Made by a program: the position numbers and the translations under genes. A DNA stretch of 64,000 bases from an uncultured Phycisphaerales bacterium (GTDB lineage Bacteria; Planctomycetota; Phycisphaerae; Tepidisphaerales; Tepidisphaeraceae). The notes below the pieces were generated by a model. It saw nothing but the letters and a program-made list of their open reading frames with translations. It was not told the origin of the DNA and ran no database searches. Positions 20,367-31,636 of the stretch are shown in pieces. The DNA is taken from contig CAWJPJ010000004.1 in NCBI GenBank assembly GCA_963844715.1, forward strand, positions 96,001 to 160,000, given 5' to 3'. The stretch's first letter is position 1. Every line of letters starts with the position of its first letter.

Positions 20367-20724
20367 ATTCCGACTCATACTCTCCCATACCCGATTGGGA
20401 GTATCCCAGACGCGCTCGAAAAGGGGGAAGGTCTCGCTGTAAAACTTAACAATTGAGGGAATTACGCTGGATCGCGTGGGGCGGGGGGTAAAAATTCGAG
20501 GCGAATAACCCCGACCGACATATGAGCCGGAGAGAGTTATTCGCCTCCATATCTCGCATTTCGCGGTCGGTTGGGACGGCGAGGGCGATTATCGTTTTCT
20601 GCGGTCTCGGCGGGCTTTCCGCTTTTTACTGCCGATCTTTCTGCGGCGGCGTGGCTTGGACATGGGGTAGACTCCTTTCTAGTAGGATGAATTTATCGGG
20701 CCTTGGAATTTTAGTCCAGACTTT

Positions 20725-20740
20725 CGGCACGATCGTTGCT
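20725..20740 (+). promoter_or_regulatory. Sigma54 (-24/-12) promoter
   Basis: CGGCACG-ATCG-TTGCT matches YGGCACG-N4-TTGCW, 50 nt upstream of ORF 20791. Confidence 0.7.
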
Positions 20741-20790
20741 AAACTGTCATGAGACGTAAAAACCAGCCGCAATCCACTTGAGGTTGCGTA

Positions 20791-21087
20791 ATGATTAGGC
20801 TTAATGCGGGTAACGTGCTTCTGAAACCGTCACAGCGGCGTCAATTGAACGCCTGGCTGAAGAGGCCGACACGATTGACCACTCGTCTGGGGGATTGCTC
20901 AGTACGCATCGATTTGCACCGTAGCGGTCACGCGATTGAAATGACCGCCGGGGTGATCACGCATCATGGCAAAACGGCGTTTCGGGCCCGCGAGAGCGAT
21001 TGGCGTTCGGCGGCGCATCGGATTGTGCGGATGCTGACTGTTTATTTGCATGATCTGACGCTGCGGTCGGCTATGCTGGCGTATTGA
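20791..21087 (+). CDS. Small basic protein, possibly HPF/RaiA-like fold
   Basis: 98 aa; pattern MIRLNAGNVLL..SVRIDL..IEMTAGV..FRARESDWRSAAHRIVRML resembles the HPF beta-alpha-beta-beta-beta-alpha layout. Confidence 0.5.
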   Translation: MIRLNAGNVLLKPSQRRQLNAWLKRPTRLTTRLGDCSVRIDLHRSGHAIEMTAGVITHHGKTAFRARESDWRSAAHRIVRMLTVYLHDLTLRSAMLAY

Positions 21088-21131
21088 TCTAATCCTTGAT
21101 GGTGGGGGGTTTGTTGGGGTGGGGTGGGGAT

Positions 21132-21155
21132 CGCGGTGCTGCGCACCGCCGCTAA
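21132..21155. repeat. REP-like element CGCGGTGCTGCGCACCGCCGCTAA (family A) preceded by G-tracts
   Basis: Identical 24-mer at 39768-39791 and 49662-49685. Confidence 0.9.
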
Positions 21156-21262
21156 ATTGTCGGATGATTGAGAATTGGATCTTTACACGGGGCTTGGCGC
21201 GGTTGCGGGGTGAGTTGCGGCGTGTCATTATACGGGCCTGAGGCTTCGCCCTTTCGGCCTGC

Positions 21263-22836
21263 ATGGCGCAATCCAACCCTTTACGCTCCGCGACACTTCT
21301 GCCGGGTTCTCGCGATTCTGCCAGGTCGTGGGTTTGGCTTAGTTTGATCCTGGCTGTTGGGGGCTTTTTCCGGTTTTACGATATTGGGGGGCCTAGTCTT
21401 TGGATGGATGAGATCTGGTCCATCGAAATCTCGACGGGGCGGGGGTCGATGCATGACACGTTGCCGACGGGGGTGGTTCAGACTGAGCAAGTCGATTTGA
21501 CCTCGCTGGCGGGGGCGCCGCCCTGGTGGAAGGTTTGGACGACGTTAACGCTGGTGATTCATCCGCCGCTTTACCATATTGCGCTGCGGTGGTGGATGGA
21601 CGGGTTTGGGAATTCCGCGGCGGCTGTGCGGTCGCTTTCGGCGATTTTTTCGCTGGCGGGGCTGGTTGTCTTCTATGACGTCTGCCGGCTGCTTCATGGC
21701 AAATCAACCGCGCTGTGGGCGACGGGCTTGGCGTCGTTTTCGGTCGCTCAATTGGAGTTTGCCCAGGAGGCTCGGAGTTATCCGATGCTTATTCTTCTGG
21801 GGTTGCTGGCTTGCGACGTGATGGTGCGGATCGAGCAGCGGGGGGCGAGTGGTTGGCGGGTTTTGGGTCTGGGTATATTCGTGGCCGCCGGGGAATTAAC
21901 GCACTACTTCGCGGCGCCGGGAATCGCGGCTTTGGCGATTTATGCGATTCTGCGATTGCGCGGGCGCGATCTGGTTCGGACGCTCATCGCATTTGTTGCC
22001 GGCGGAATTTTTGTGGCGGTCGTATGGGGCCCGCGATTGCTCGAGCAGCTTCATGCGATGCCGTCGTTCAAGCCTCTGTTCCTTCAGAATAATGCCCCGG
22101 CGCCGGCGCTGGTGACTTTGCGGCTTCTGCTGCAATTGCCGGGGAAATTCCTTTGCGGGGACATTTTTTTCACCCTTCATCCTCAGGCGTCGCTGGTCGC
22201 GGCGGTAATCGCGGGGGTGATCGTCATTCCTCTTCCGGTCATATACCTGCTCATGCGGCGGCGGGATATGCTCCTGTGGGTGGTATGGCTCGGGACGATC
22301 GTGGGATTTTTTGTTTGCACTGATCTCTTGCGCCGCTCGGTTTATTTACAGTATTTGCGGTATCCGATTCTGGCGAGTCCGGCTGTTTATGCGATGATCG
22401 CCGGGGCGCGGAAGCCGGTGGCGATGGTTGCGCTGGCGGGGTGCCTGTATCTGGCGGTCACCCGCGCGATCGTGGGGGTTCCGGCGAAGGGGGACTGGCG
22501 GCAGCTTTCTGAAGTCCTCGAAACTTATGTTCCGCAGGATCAGGTTCTGGCGGTGTATTACGCGGATCCGTTCGTGTCGCCGGGGTTGTGGTACATGGCG
22601 CAAGCGTTACTATCAGCCGGAGTCGAACCGGCCGTGGCTGCTCCTGCGACTCCCCGGCTGATGAGAAACTTCGGGCGGATTTGCGTGCGCGGGGCACGGT
22701 TTGGCTTGAAGTTGCCGAGGGGGGACCGATTGTGCGGGAAATCCTGCCGGGGTGGCGAATTGCGGAGGAACTGGATACTCCGATCAGCATCATCTATCGA
22801 CTGGTTCCGGAAAGCCCGACCACTTCGCGCCCGTGA
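21263..22836 (+). CDS. GT-C (PMT_2/GT39-like) membrane glycosyltransferase, paralog 1 (frameshift near 22610)
   Basis: SLWMDEIWSIEI, HPPLY, AQEARSY, THYFA motifs; many TM segments. Confidence 0.82.
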
Positions 22837-22843
22837 ATAATCA

Positions 22844-24392
22844 ATGAAGCGCCGCGACGCCATTATTCTTGTGGTTATTCTTATCGCGGGCGCTTTGCTG
22901 CGTTTTTCGAATCTTACTCACAGTAGTCTTTGGATGGACGAAATCTGGTCGATTGAAATCGCCTGCGGGCGGGGGCACGCGCACGATCAGCTTGCCGAGG
23001 GGATTATTCGCACGGATCAGATCGATCTGACGACGCTGGATAGCGCTCGCCGTGGTGGCGAGTTTGGTCGGCGGGTTCGGATTACACGTATCCGCCGCTT
23101 TATCCGGTGGTTTTGCGGGGTTGGATGAATCTTTTTGGGAACTCCGCGGGGGCGACCCGGGGTCTGTCGGCGATCTTCTCTGTTGTTGCGGTGCTGGTTT
23201 TTTTTGATCTGCTACGGGTGTTACAGGGAACTAAAGTCGCGCTTTTTGGGGCCGCGATCATGGCTTTGGCGGGCGCAGATTGACGCGGGGCAGGAGGCTC
23301 GTTGTTACGCGATGCTTTTGCTGGTGGTGATTGCTTCTGCTGATGCGCTGGTGCGGATTGAGAAATTGGGGACTTCGTGGCGGCGTCTTGCCGCGATGGG
23401 TGTATGCCTTCTTGCGGCGCTCTTCACGCATTATCTGTCGGCTCTCGTCGCGATTGCGTTCGCCGGTTATTCGCTAATCCGATTGCGTGGCAGTGCGCAA
23501 GAAAACTGTTGTCACAGTACTGGCAGGGGGCGCTCTTTTCATCGCGATTTGGGGCGATGCTCTTGTGTGGCAGGCGCGACATCTGCCGGGGGCGACGCCG
23601 GCGTTTTTGCGGGAGGCGAATTTGGATCGTCATGTGGAGTTGACGTTGCGGAGGGCCGCGGGTTTGCCGGGGGAATATCTCTTGGGGGAAACGGCTGCCG
23701 AGGAAATTTTCCGACAGCGCACGCCGATCGATCAGTTTCTGACTATCGTGTTGCTTGGGCTTGCCGTAATGACTGTTTTGCTGGCTTGGGTGCGGCTGCG
23801 GAAGCGCCGCGATTTACTGATTTGGATGTTGTGGATTGCTGCGACGCTTTACGTCATCGTCGCGGCGGATTTGGTTTTGAGTACCACGATGACCGGTTAT
23901 ATCCGGTATACGATTCTGGCCAGTCCGTGCATTTATGCGATCATCGCGGGTTGGAATTGGCCGGATAGAAAATTTTTGCGCTACGGCTTGGTGTTCGCTG
24001 TCGTTGCGGCGTTGATCATTTCCGCCGTTCATCGCGGGATTAATCCGGCTGAACCCAAGGAGGACTGGCGGGAAGCCGCTGCGCAGTTGGATTCGTCGGC
24101 ACGAAAAAACGATTTGATCGTTTTCTTCAATCAAGACCCTTGGGTTGCGCCGGGGATTTGGTACATGTGCCTGCGGTATTATTCGCCGAGCGGCGAGCGT
24201 CCCTGGCTGCTTTTGCGCGGTCAGCCGGATGAAAACTTGCGGCGGGAAATTGACGGGCGGAGTTCTCTTTGGCTGGTTGGCATTCACGCGGAGGAGACGG
24301 CGGAACTGCTTCTGCCGGGCTGGCGAGCGGAGAACGTTGTCCACGTATCGCCGGACGTCAGCATTTGCCAGATGTACAAAAGCAATGATTGA
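22844..24392 (+). CDS. GT-C membrane glycosyltransferase, paralog 2 (frameshifts)
   Basis: SLWMDEIWSIEI, GQEARCY, THYLS, RYTILASP, KEDWRE. Confidence 0.8.
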
Positions 24393-25899
24393 CTCGCCCA
24401 TACGCAGTCGCGCGGTCTGGCTCCTTTTGCCGATTCTGATGGTCGGCGCGTTTCTGCGATTTAATGGGATCGGGCGGACTAGTCTTTGGATGGACGAAAT
24501 CTGGTCCATTGAGATTTCCACCGGGCGCGGATCGGAGCACGATCTTCTGCCGGTGGGGGAGGTCCAAACTCGGCAGATCGAGCTGACTAGTTTAAGCGGC
24601 GATCGCCCGTGGTGGGATATCTGGACGTCAATGCGAGGGGTCACGCATCCGCCGTTGTATCACGTGATTTTGCGCTGGTGGATGGATTTGCTCGGGAACG
24701 GGGCGGGCGAGACGCGGGCGCTCTCGGCCGTTTGTTCGCTGGCGTCCGTGTTTGTGCTGTTTGATATTTGTCAGATGCTTTACGGGACGCGGATCGCTCT
24801 TCTTGCGGCGGCGATCATGGCTTTTGCACGGCACAACTCGAATTCGCGCGGGAAACTCGGAGTTATCCGCTTTTGATTTTGTTTTGCCTCGGCGCGGCTG
24901 ACGCGCTGGTGCGAATGGAATACCTCGGTTCGAATCGCCGGCGGTGCGCGGCGCTGGCGTTGTGTCTCGTTGCGGCCGCGCTGACGCACTATTTCGCCGC
25001 CGGGGCGATCGTGGCGTTGGCGCTTTATGCGGCGATTCGCAAAATTCGCAAAGCGGCGACTCCGTTTGCGGCGGCGGCGGTGGGGGGAATCCTTCTTTGG
25101 GGGTGGGAGTTTTTTCGTCAGATTCGTTCTCTGCCGGCCGCGGAACCGGATTTTCTGGTCTCTAGCGATCTTCATCATTCGACCACCGCCGCTCTGGAGA
25201 TGATCGGTTTGTGCGGGCAATGGCTGGTCGGGTCGGCCTACGCCGCGATGCTTCCGGCGGCGGTGATGGTCATTCTTTTGGTGGTGACCATTCTCTGGCC
25301 GCTGGTGCGTCTTCCATGGCGGAAAGATGCGCTGCTGTGGCTTCTGTGGATCGGCGGGACGGCGCTACCGGTGGCCGGGTCAGATCTTTTTCACCACACG
25401 ACTTTCCTGGAGTATCTTCGGTACACGATTCTTGCGAGCCCGGCGGCGTATGCGGCTGCTCGCTTCGATCGACTGGCCGCGCCGGGCTGTCATTCGTGAC
25501 ACGATGGGCTATTGCGCTATGGCGCTGGTCGCGTCGTTCGCGATCGTGCGCATTCATCAAGGTCCGGCCAGCAAGGAAGATTGGCGCGAACTGGCGACGC
25601 GACTGGACCATGACGCCGGGCCGGACGAACTGTTGGTTTTTGTCGGCAACGATCCCTGGGCGACGCCGGGCATGTGGTATATGGGCTTTAAGTATTACGC
25701 TCCGCAATCGAGCCGGCCCTGGATGATTCTCCGGCATACCGCGGACGAGAATATTATGAAACAGTTGAATGCCCGCGACACTCTTTGGGTCATCGGCCTC
25801 TATCCCTCCCTGGACGGGCCCATCCTTCTCCCCGGCTGGCGGCCAACCACTGGCTGGGCGACCACGGCGGGGGCGGCGTTCGAAATGACCCACCCTTGA
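24385..25899 (+). CDS. GT-C membrane glycosyltransferase, paralog 3 (frameshifts)
   Basis: SLWMDEIWSIEI, HPPLY, ARETRSY, THYFA, RYTILASP, KEDWRE. Confidence 0.8.
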
Positions 25900-25940
25900 T
25901 ACCGAACATTTCGCCCCGTATCCTCAACCCCCGTTCTTTC

Positions 25941-26012
25941 GCCGAAGTAGCTCAATGGCAGAGCACCGCTTTCGTAAAGCGGGGGTTAAGGGTTCAAATC
26001 CCTTCTTCGGCT
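25941..26012 (+). tRNA. tRNA-Thr (anticodon CGT), CCA not encoded
   Basis: Acceptor GCCGAAG/CTTCGGC, D arm GCTC..GAGC, anticodon arm CCGCT-TTCGTAA-AGCGG, T loop GGTTCAAATCC. Confidence 0.95.
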
Positions 26013-26139
26013 TTATCGTAACAAGACGCTGAACGGGGATTTGCGTCACTTATTGGTGGTCGGAAGTGTTGGTTCTGGCTCTGCTATATGGGCTTGGATT
26101 TTCGCCGAGTGGATGCCGCCGCGGTCGATATGGAGATGC

Positions 26140-28631
26140 ATGAACTCAGTTGGTGCACCTTCCCAAGACGGGGCTGGTTTGAAGGCGGGGGCCGGCCGGG
26201 GGCGATTGTCAGCCGGGCGGCTGGCGATGGCGGCGGTGCTTTTTCTGTACACGTTGTGCGTTTTCATTCCCTGGAATCTTCCGCTTCCCGAAAATGAAGT
26301 GGACGCGTCTTGGAACGTCGCGCTGCACTGGGCTCATTTGCATCATGTCGATTTTGGGCACGATCTGGTTTTTCCATATGGGCCGTGGGGATTTGTAAAT
26401 CTGCGATATATGCCCGCGACATTCGGCTGGGTGGTCGCGGCATGGACGGTTTTGAGCGTGGGGGTTTTCTGCACTGCCTGGAAGATCTTCGGCCGACTGA
26501 ACGGGCTCTTAAGCTCGGGCGTGTTAACGGCGATCTTTGTGACGATGGCGGCGGCCCCCGTGACGATGCTTCAGGACGTCCGCATGGCATCAGTCTGCTG
26601 GCTGCTTCTGCTGCTGCATTTCTACTTTGACAATTCGGACTGGGGGGCGGCGAAAATCATCCTGGCCGTGGGAATGGCGTGGGTCTGCCTGATCAAGTTC
26701 TCGATGAGCTTCATGGCGGCGCCGATTTTGTTCGTGGTGAGCCTCGATCAATTATTGCGCCGGCGGGCGCCGTCAATTCTGATCGTTTTCATGGGTGCTT
26801 ACCTGGCACTTTGGATGGTCGCGGGGCAATCGCTTGCGAGTTTGGGAGCGTATCTGTCCCACTCGTGGATTGTCACCGCCGGCTACACCGAGGGAGAAGG
26901 GTTGAGCGGATCGTCCGATCAACTCGAAGTTTGGCTGTACCTGGAGTCCGCGGGCGCGTTGGTGGCGGCGCTGGGCATGATTCATCCGTGGCGCCGGTAT
27001 CGGCGGCGGCAAGCGATCGACGTTCTATGGGAATCGTTGCCCGAGAGCGGCGCGACGATGGATCATCGTAAAAGCCTGCTTGCCGCGGTCGGGGCGATTG
27101 GCGTGCTGCTGGTGTTGTTCAAAGCGGGTTATGTACGGAGCGATACGCACCAAATGATCGCGACAAATTCGCTGTCGCTATTGGGTCTGGCGATTGGCGC
27201 GATCGTTTGGCCGCGCGTGCGGCGGCCGGCGTTCAAGGGTCTAGTCGTCATCCTGTGCGCGGGGGGGCTGGGGGTGGCGTGGAATTCGGACGAAAACCTG
27301 GCGGGAACGTCGCCGCCGAGATTGGCGTGGAACGCCGTTGCCCTGGTTCCGGGATCGATTTCCACGGCGATTGACTGGATGACCGGGGGGAGCGGGCTGG
27401 GCCGGGTCTATGAGAAGCAGCGGGAAATTCTGCCGGAAAGCATGAGGCGCCAAATCGTGGGGACGGTGGATACCTATTCCAGCGGGCAAAAGGCGCTGAT
27501 CGAATCCGATCTTGATTACAACCCGAGGCCGGTGATTCAAAGCTACCTGACATTCACTCCGGAACTGGCGCTTCTGAATGCGCAGTTTTTGGCCGGACCC
27601 AAAGCGCCGGAAAGCATCCTATACGGCTCGTGGCCGATTGACCGGCATTATCCGTCGCAGGAAGACGGGCTGGCGATTCCCGAATTGCTATCGCGATATG
27701 ATTTGATCGACGCCTCGGGACGGCGTTTGGTGCTGCGTCGCGGGGTGTGCCCCGGTCTTATTCTTTGGTGGAACTGGGAAGCGCAACGGCGCGCACAGGT
27801 CAATGGACGACGGTCCCGGCGTCTGACGATCCGGTCTGGGTTGTGTTGCGGGTTGAGTTGACGCCGTGGGGAAGATTCATGCGGGCCGTTTATAAGCTGC
27901 CGGTGATCGGACTGGCGGTGCAAACGGCGTCGGGCCGGGAAATTGAGCGAGTTTTTTTGCGTCGGGAGGGGGAGGCGGGATTCCTGCTCTCGCCGTACCT
28001 TTCCGAATCGGTGGCGATGGGAGCGCTCTACTCGACGCGATGGAAGGAGATCCTCGGCGCGGAACAGGTCTCGCGGATGGCGATCGGTTTGGAGGATACG
28101 TCGGCGAGCGCCGATTTCGAAAGCGATTATTCGATCGAATTCTTCGGGCTGGAATACCCTCACGGAGACGTTTCATCGGCGCCGGGAATGGATCGCTATG
28201 TGAAGTTTCGGCAAATCGCGAGGCAGGTTTCGGTGCTTCATTCGGATGGGGATGTTTATGTCGGCGCCGACGAGGACGGGAAGGTGGTCTTGAAAGCGCC
28301 CGCGGTCAGCCAGCTTTTGATACCGGTGCCCACGGGAGCCAGGACGTTTCGGTTTGGTTTTGGGATGCTTTACGACTCCTATTTGGGCGACAAAAAGACG
28401 GACGGAGCGCAGTTCGGCGTTCTGGCGGTGGATCAATTGAGCGGGACGGTGCATGCCCAACAACTTTTTGCCGGCGCGCTGGATCCGGCCCATCACCCTG
28501 AAGACCGGGGAACGCATGACGTGGAAGTGCAATTACCGGCAACCGGCGCAGCGGGAATCATTTTGCAAACGCTTCGGGGACCGATGCATCAGAACAGCGA
28601 TTCCTACTGGGCGGATTTTGAGTTTCGGTGA
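26140..28631 (+). CDS. Large polytopic membrane protein with C-terminal extracytoplasmic domain (frameshift near 27750)
   Basis: VDASW..FGHDLVFPYGPWG first-loop motif, many TM segments, RPVIQSY; continues in ORF 27747-28631. Confidence 0.7.
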
Positions 28632-28713
28632 ATGCGGGGTTAACTGGGGGGCCAGGGTCGGTGACTGGCCCGTGAAGTAAGGAGGGATCGACCCTCTTTT
28701 ATGCCATTGCCGG

Positions 28714-30618
28714 CTAGTCTTTTATATACCACGGCATACCGATGACGATCACGCGCTCGTCCTGGCGGTCTCTGATGGCCGCGCGTAGCCGCGAAGCTCG
28801 GCGGCTGTGGAGGGGGGCGTGCCACCAGTGTTTTTCGAGGATTTCCGGGACGATGACGGCGACGACGCGATCGGGAGATCGGCGTTCGATCGATTCGATG
28901 TGATCGAGGAGCGGCTTGACGAATTCGCGGAAGGGCGTGTTGATCACGTCGAGGGTTGGGGCGGCGATGTGGGCGGCGCGGGCGGGTTCTTCGACAAGTC
29001 TCGACCATTTTTGGCGAAGTTTTGCGGCTTCGTCCTTTGCCTCGTCTCCCTCGAGATTGCTGAGATGGACGGCGATGACGTCGCTCGAGAGGCGCATTGC
29101 GAAGCGCAGAGATTTGGCGGTTAGGCGGTCCCAGCCATGGGTCGGGAGTACTACTATCGGCGGGGCGTTTTCCGTCAGTTGCAGAGGTTCGTCGCACTCG
29201 ATTTGCTTTTCGATGGAAGCATAGTGACGGTGAACGAGCCAGAAGAGGGTGATCAAGAGGGGAATCGCCAGGACGGTGATCCAGCCTCCTTCGGTGAACT
29301 TGGCGGCCAAAATGATGGCCAGGGCAGTTCCGGTGGCGACGGCACCGACGCCGTTGACGGCTAATTTCAGCAATCGCGATGTGGATCGCTGCTTGCGCTG
29401 GCGGCGCCAGTGCATCACCATGCCGGCTTGGGAAAGGGTGAAGGCAAGAAATGCCCCGACGGCAAAGAGGGGGATGAGGCGGTCGGTGATCCCGGCAAAG
29501 GCGGCGAGGAGCACGCCGCTGGCGGAGGCGAGGAATAATACGCCGACGGAATAGACCAATCGGCGGCCGATGGTGGCGAAGGCGCGGGGGAGGAAATCGT
29601 CCTTGGCGATCAAGCGACAAAGGCGGGGGAAGCCGACGAAGGCGGTATTGGCCGAGAGGCATAGAACCAAGAGCACGCAGGCCATGGTTAGGAAATAGAA
29701 CCAGCCTCTTCCGACGACGGCGCTGGTGAGCTGTGAAAGGACGCTTTGGTAGCCGGACTGATTCTGGATGGTCGCGCCGATTTGATAGGCATGACACAGA
29801 TAGGCGATTGCAGCCAGGAGGATTACGAGGATAGTCACGATCAATGTGAGGGTGCGTTGGGCATTTTTGACGGCGGGTTCCTCAAACGCGGTGACGCCAT
29901 TGCTTACGGCCTCGACACCGGTCATCGCGGTGCAGCCGCTGGCGAAGGATCGGAGCAGGATCCAAATTCCGAAGCCGGCTGTGCTGGCGGGAAGCGCCGG
30001 CGGCAACGGCCACGGGGTGGGGATGGCCGCCGGTGAGGAGTGATTTGACAATTCCGATGCCGAGGACTGTGAACATGCTGGCGATGAATAGGTAAGTTGG
30101 CGCCGCGAAGGCGACGCCGGCTTCGCGGGTGCCGCGGAGATTGAGCAGCGTGATCAATGTCAGGATTCCGAGGCAGATCGGGAGAGTGTATGGGTATAGC
30201 CGTGGGACGGCGGAGACGAGCGCGGCAACGCCGGCGGAAATTCCCACGGCGACGGTCAGGACATAATCGACCATTAACGCGGCGGCGGCGAAGAGGCTTG
30301 GCAAGGTACCGAGATTTTCCTTGGCGACGGTGAAGGAACCGCCGTTGACCGGGTAGGCGGCGATGATCTGACGGTAGGAAAAGTAGAGCATGATCAGAAG
30401 GGCGAGAATCGCGGCGGTGATCGGGAGGATGTAATTTAGGCCGAGGGCGCCAGGGGCAGGAGCAGTGTTAGCGCGGCTTCGGGGCCGTATGCGCAGGAAG
30501 ACAAGCCATCGAGGCCGAGCGCGGGCAAGCCGGATAGGATGCTGATCTTGCGCTGTTGTTGCTCACGGGAAGCGAGGCGGCGGCCTAAGAGGAAATCGAG
30601 GATTGGTTTTGCTTGCAT
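28714..30618 (-). CDS. APC family permease, KimA/YdaO-like (frameshifts near 30440 and 30000)
   Basis: LSSCAYGPE, SYRQIIAAYPVNGGSF, DYVLTVAVGISAG, GCTAMTGVEAVSNG, LIPLFAVGAFLAFTLSQAGM. Confidence 0.88.
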
Positions 30619-30825
30619 AGGCTTGACCGTCGCTGGCCGCGGGATCATGGGCGGGATTTCGATTCCGGGCCCAACGGTTCGATCGGCTGCCGGGTTCTAC
30701 GCGGCGCATTGGCGGCGATGGTTGCGCTTATGCGAGACGTTAGTCTGGGGGGTGGAAAATGGTCAATGTTTGAACTTTGGCGCGGGGGGGAATTGTGGGA
30801 GGTTGGAGGGTCGATCTGGTGGCGG

Positions 30826-30880
30826 AAAGCCCCGGCGGATGGCCCTTCGATGGACTCAGGGCAGGCCATCCGTCGGCTTT
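30826..30880. repeat. REP-like family C palindrome with a nested hairpin in its loop
   Basis: AAAGCC..GCGGATGGCC [CTTCGATGGACTCAGGGCA] GGCCATCCGTCGGCTTT. Confidence 0.6.
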
Positions 30881-30925
30881 GTCAGGGGGCGCGGGGGCGG
30901 ATTCGGCGGCGAAATCGGGGAACAC

Positions 30926-30973
30926 TTTACAACTTGCGAAAGCGAGGTAGAATTTAACTATCTGGTTAGTTAA
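30926..30973 (+). promoter_or_regulatory. Sigma70-type promoter with adjacent TetR operator palindrome
   Basis: TTTACA-N16-TAGAAT followed by TTAACTA-N6-TAGTTAA just before the tetR start. Confidence 0.7.
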
Positions 30974-30976
30974 TTT

Positions 30977-31636
30977 ATGGGTTCCGCGATGCTGAAAACT
31001 AGGGCGATTCCGGCGGGGAGAAGGCAGGGGACGCGCGCGGCGATTCTTGCGGCGGCGGGGAGTATCTTTGCCAAATCGGGGCTTGCGGGGGCACGGACGG
31101 ATTCCATCGCCGCGGCGGCGGGCGTTAATAAGGCGCTACTCTATTACTACTTCGACAGTAAGGAGTCGCTTTACGAAGCCGTCGTTGAGGAGCATTTCAG
31201 CGAATTCAATCAGCGGGCTTTGGAGATTTTGAATTCGCCGGGGTCCGCGCGGGAGGCGCTGCTTCGATATGTCACGATGCACGTGGATTTCATCAGCCAT
31301 CGGCATCAATCGGCGCCGCTGTTTCAGCAGGTGATGATGAGCCGGAGCAAATTTCTGGAACGGCTTATTCGCAAATATTTTGCGGCGCACGGGGAGGCAT
31401 TGGGAAGACTGATTGATCGGGGCGTTCGCGGCGGGGAATTTCGGCGGGTTGATCCGTTTCATGCGTCGGTGTCGATCGTTTCATTGATTGTGTTCTATTT
31501 TACGGCGGCGCCGGTTTTGAAATTGCTGGGACGGCGCGACGCGTACACCGCCGCGAATCTTAAACGACGCAAACAGGAAGTCGTTGAATTCATTCGGCAC
31601 GGGTTATTTGCCGATTCAAACTCCAAATCATTATGA
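30977..31636 (+). CDS. TetR/AcrR family transcriptional regulator
   Basis: ILAAAGSIFAKSGLAGARTDSIAAAAGVNKALLYYYFDSKESLY HTH. Confidence 0.93.
   Translation: MGSAMLKTRAIPAGRRQGTRAAILAAAGSIFAKSGLAGARTDSIAAAAGVNKALLYYYFDSKESLYEAVVEEHFSEFNQRALEILNSPGSAREALLRYVTMHVDFISHRHQSAPLFQQVMMSRSKFLERLIRKYFAAHGEALGRLIDRGVRGGEFRRVDPFHASVSIVSLIVFYFTAAPVLKLLGRRDAYTAANLKRRKQEVVEFIRHGLFADSNSKSL

Noticed and set aside
20437..20760. Pho boxes near ppk1
   Set aside because: Only isolated half-sites (e.g. CTGTCAT at 20744) without a convincing 11-bp-spaced repeat.
25941..28631. Island integrated at tRNA-Thr
   Set aside because: No integrase and no repeat of the tRNA 3' end was noticed in the window.
30620..30920. 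c-di-AMP (ydaO) riboswitch upstream of the KimA-like permease
   Set aside because: Could not recognise the conserved motifs by eye; cmscan would be needed.
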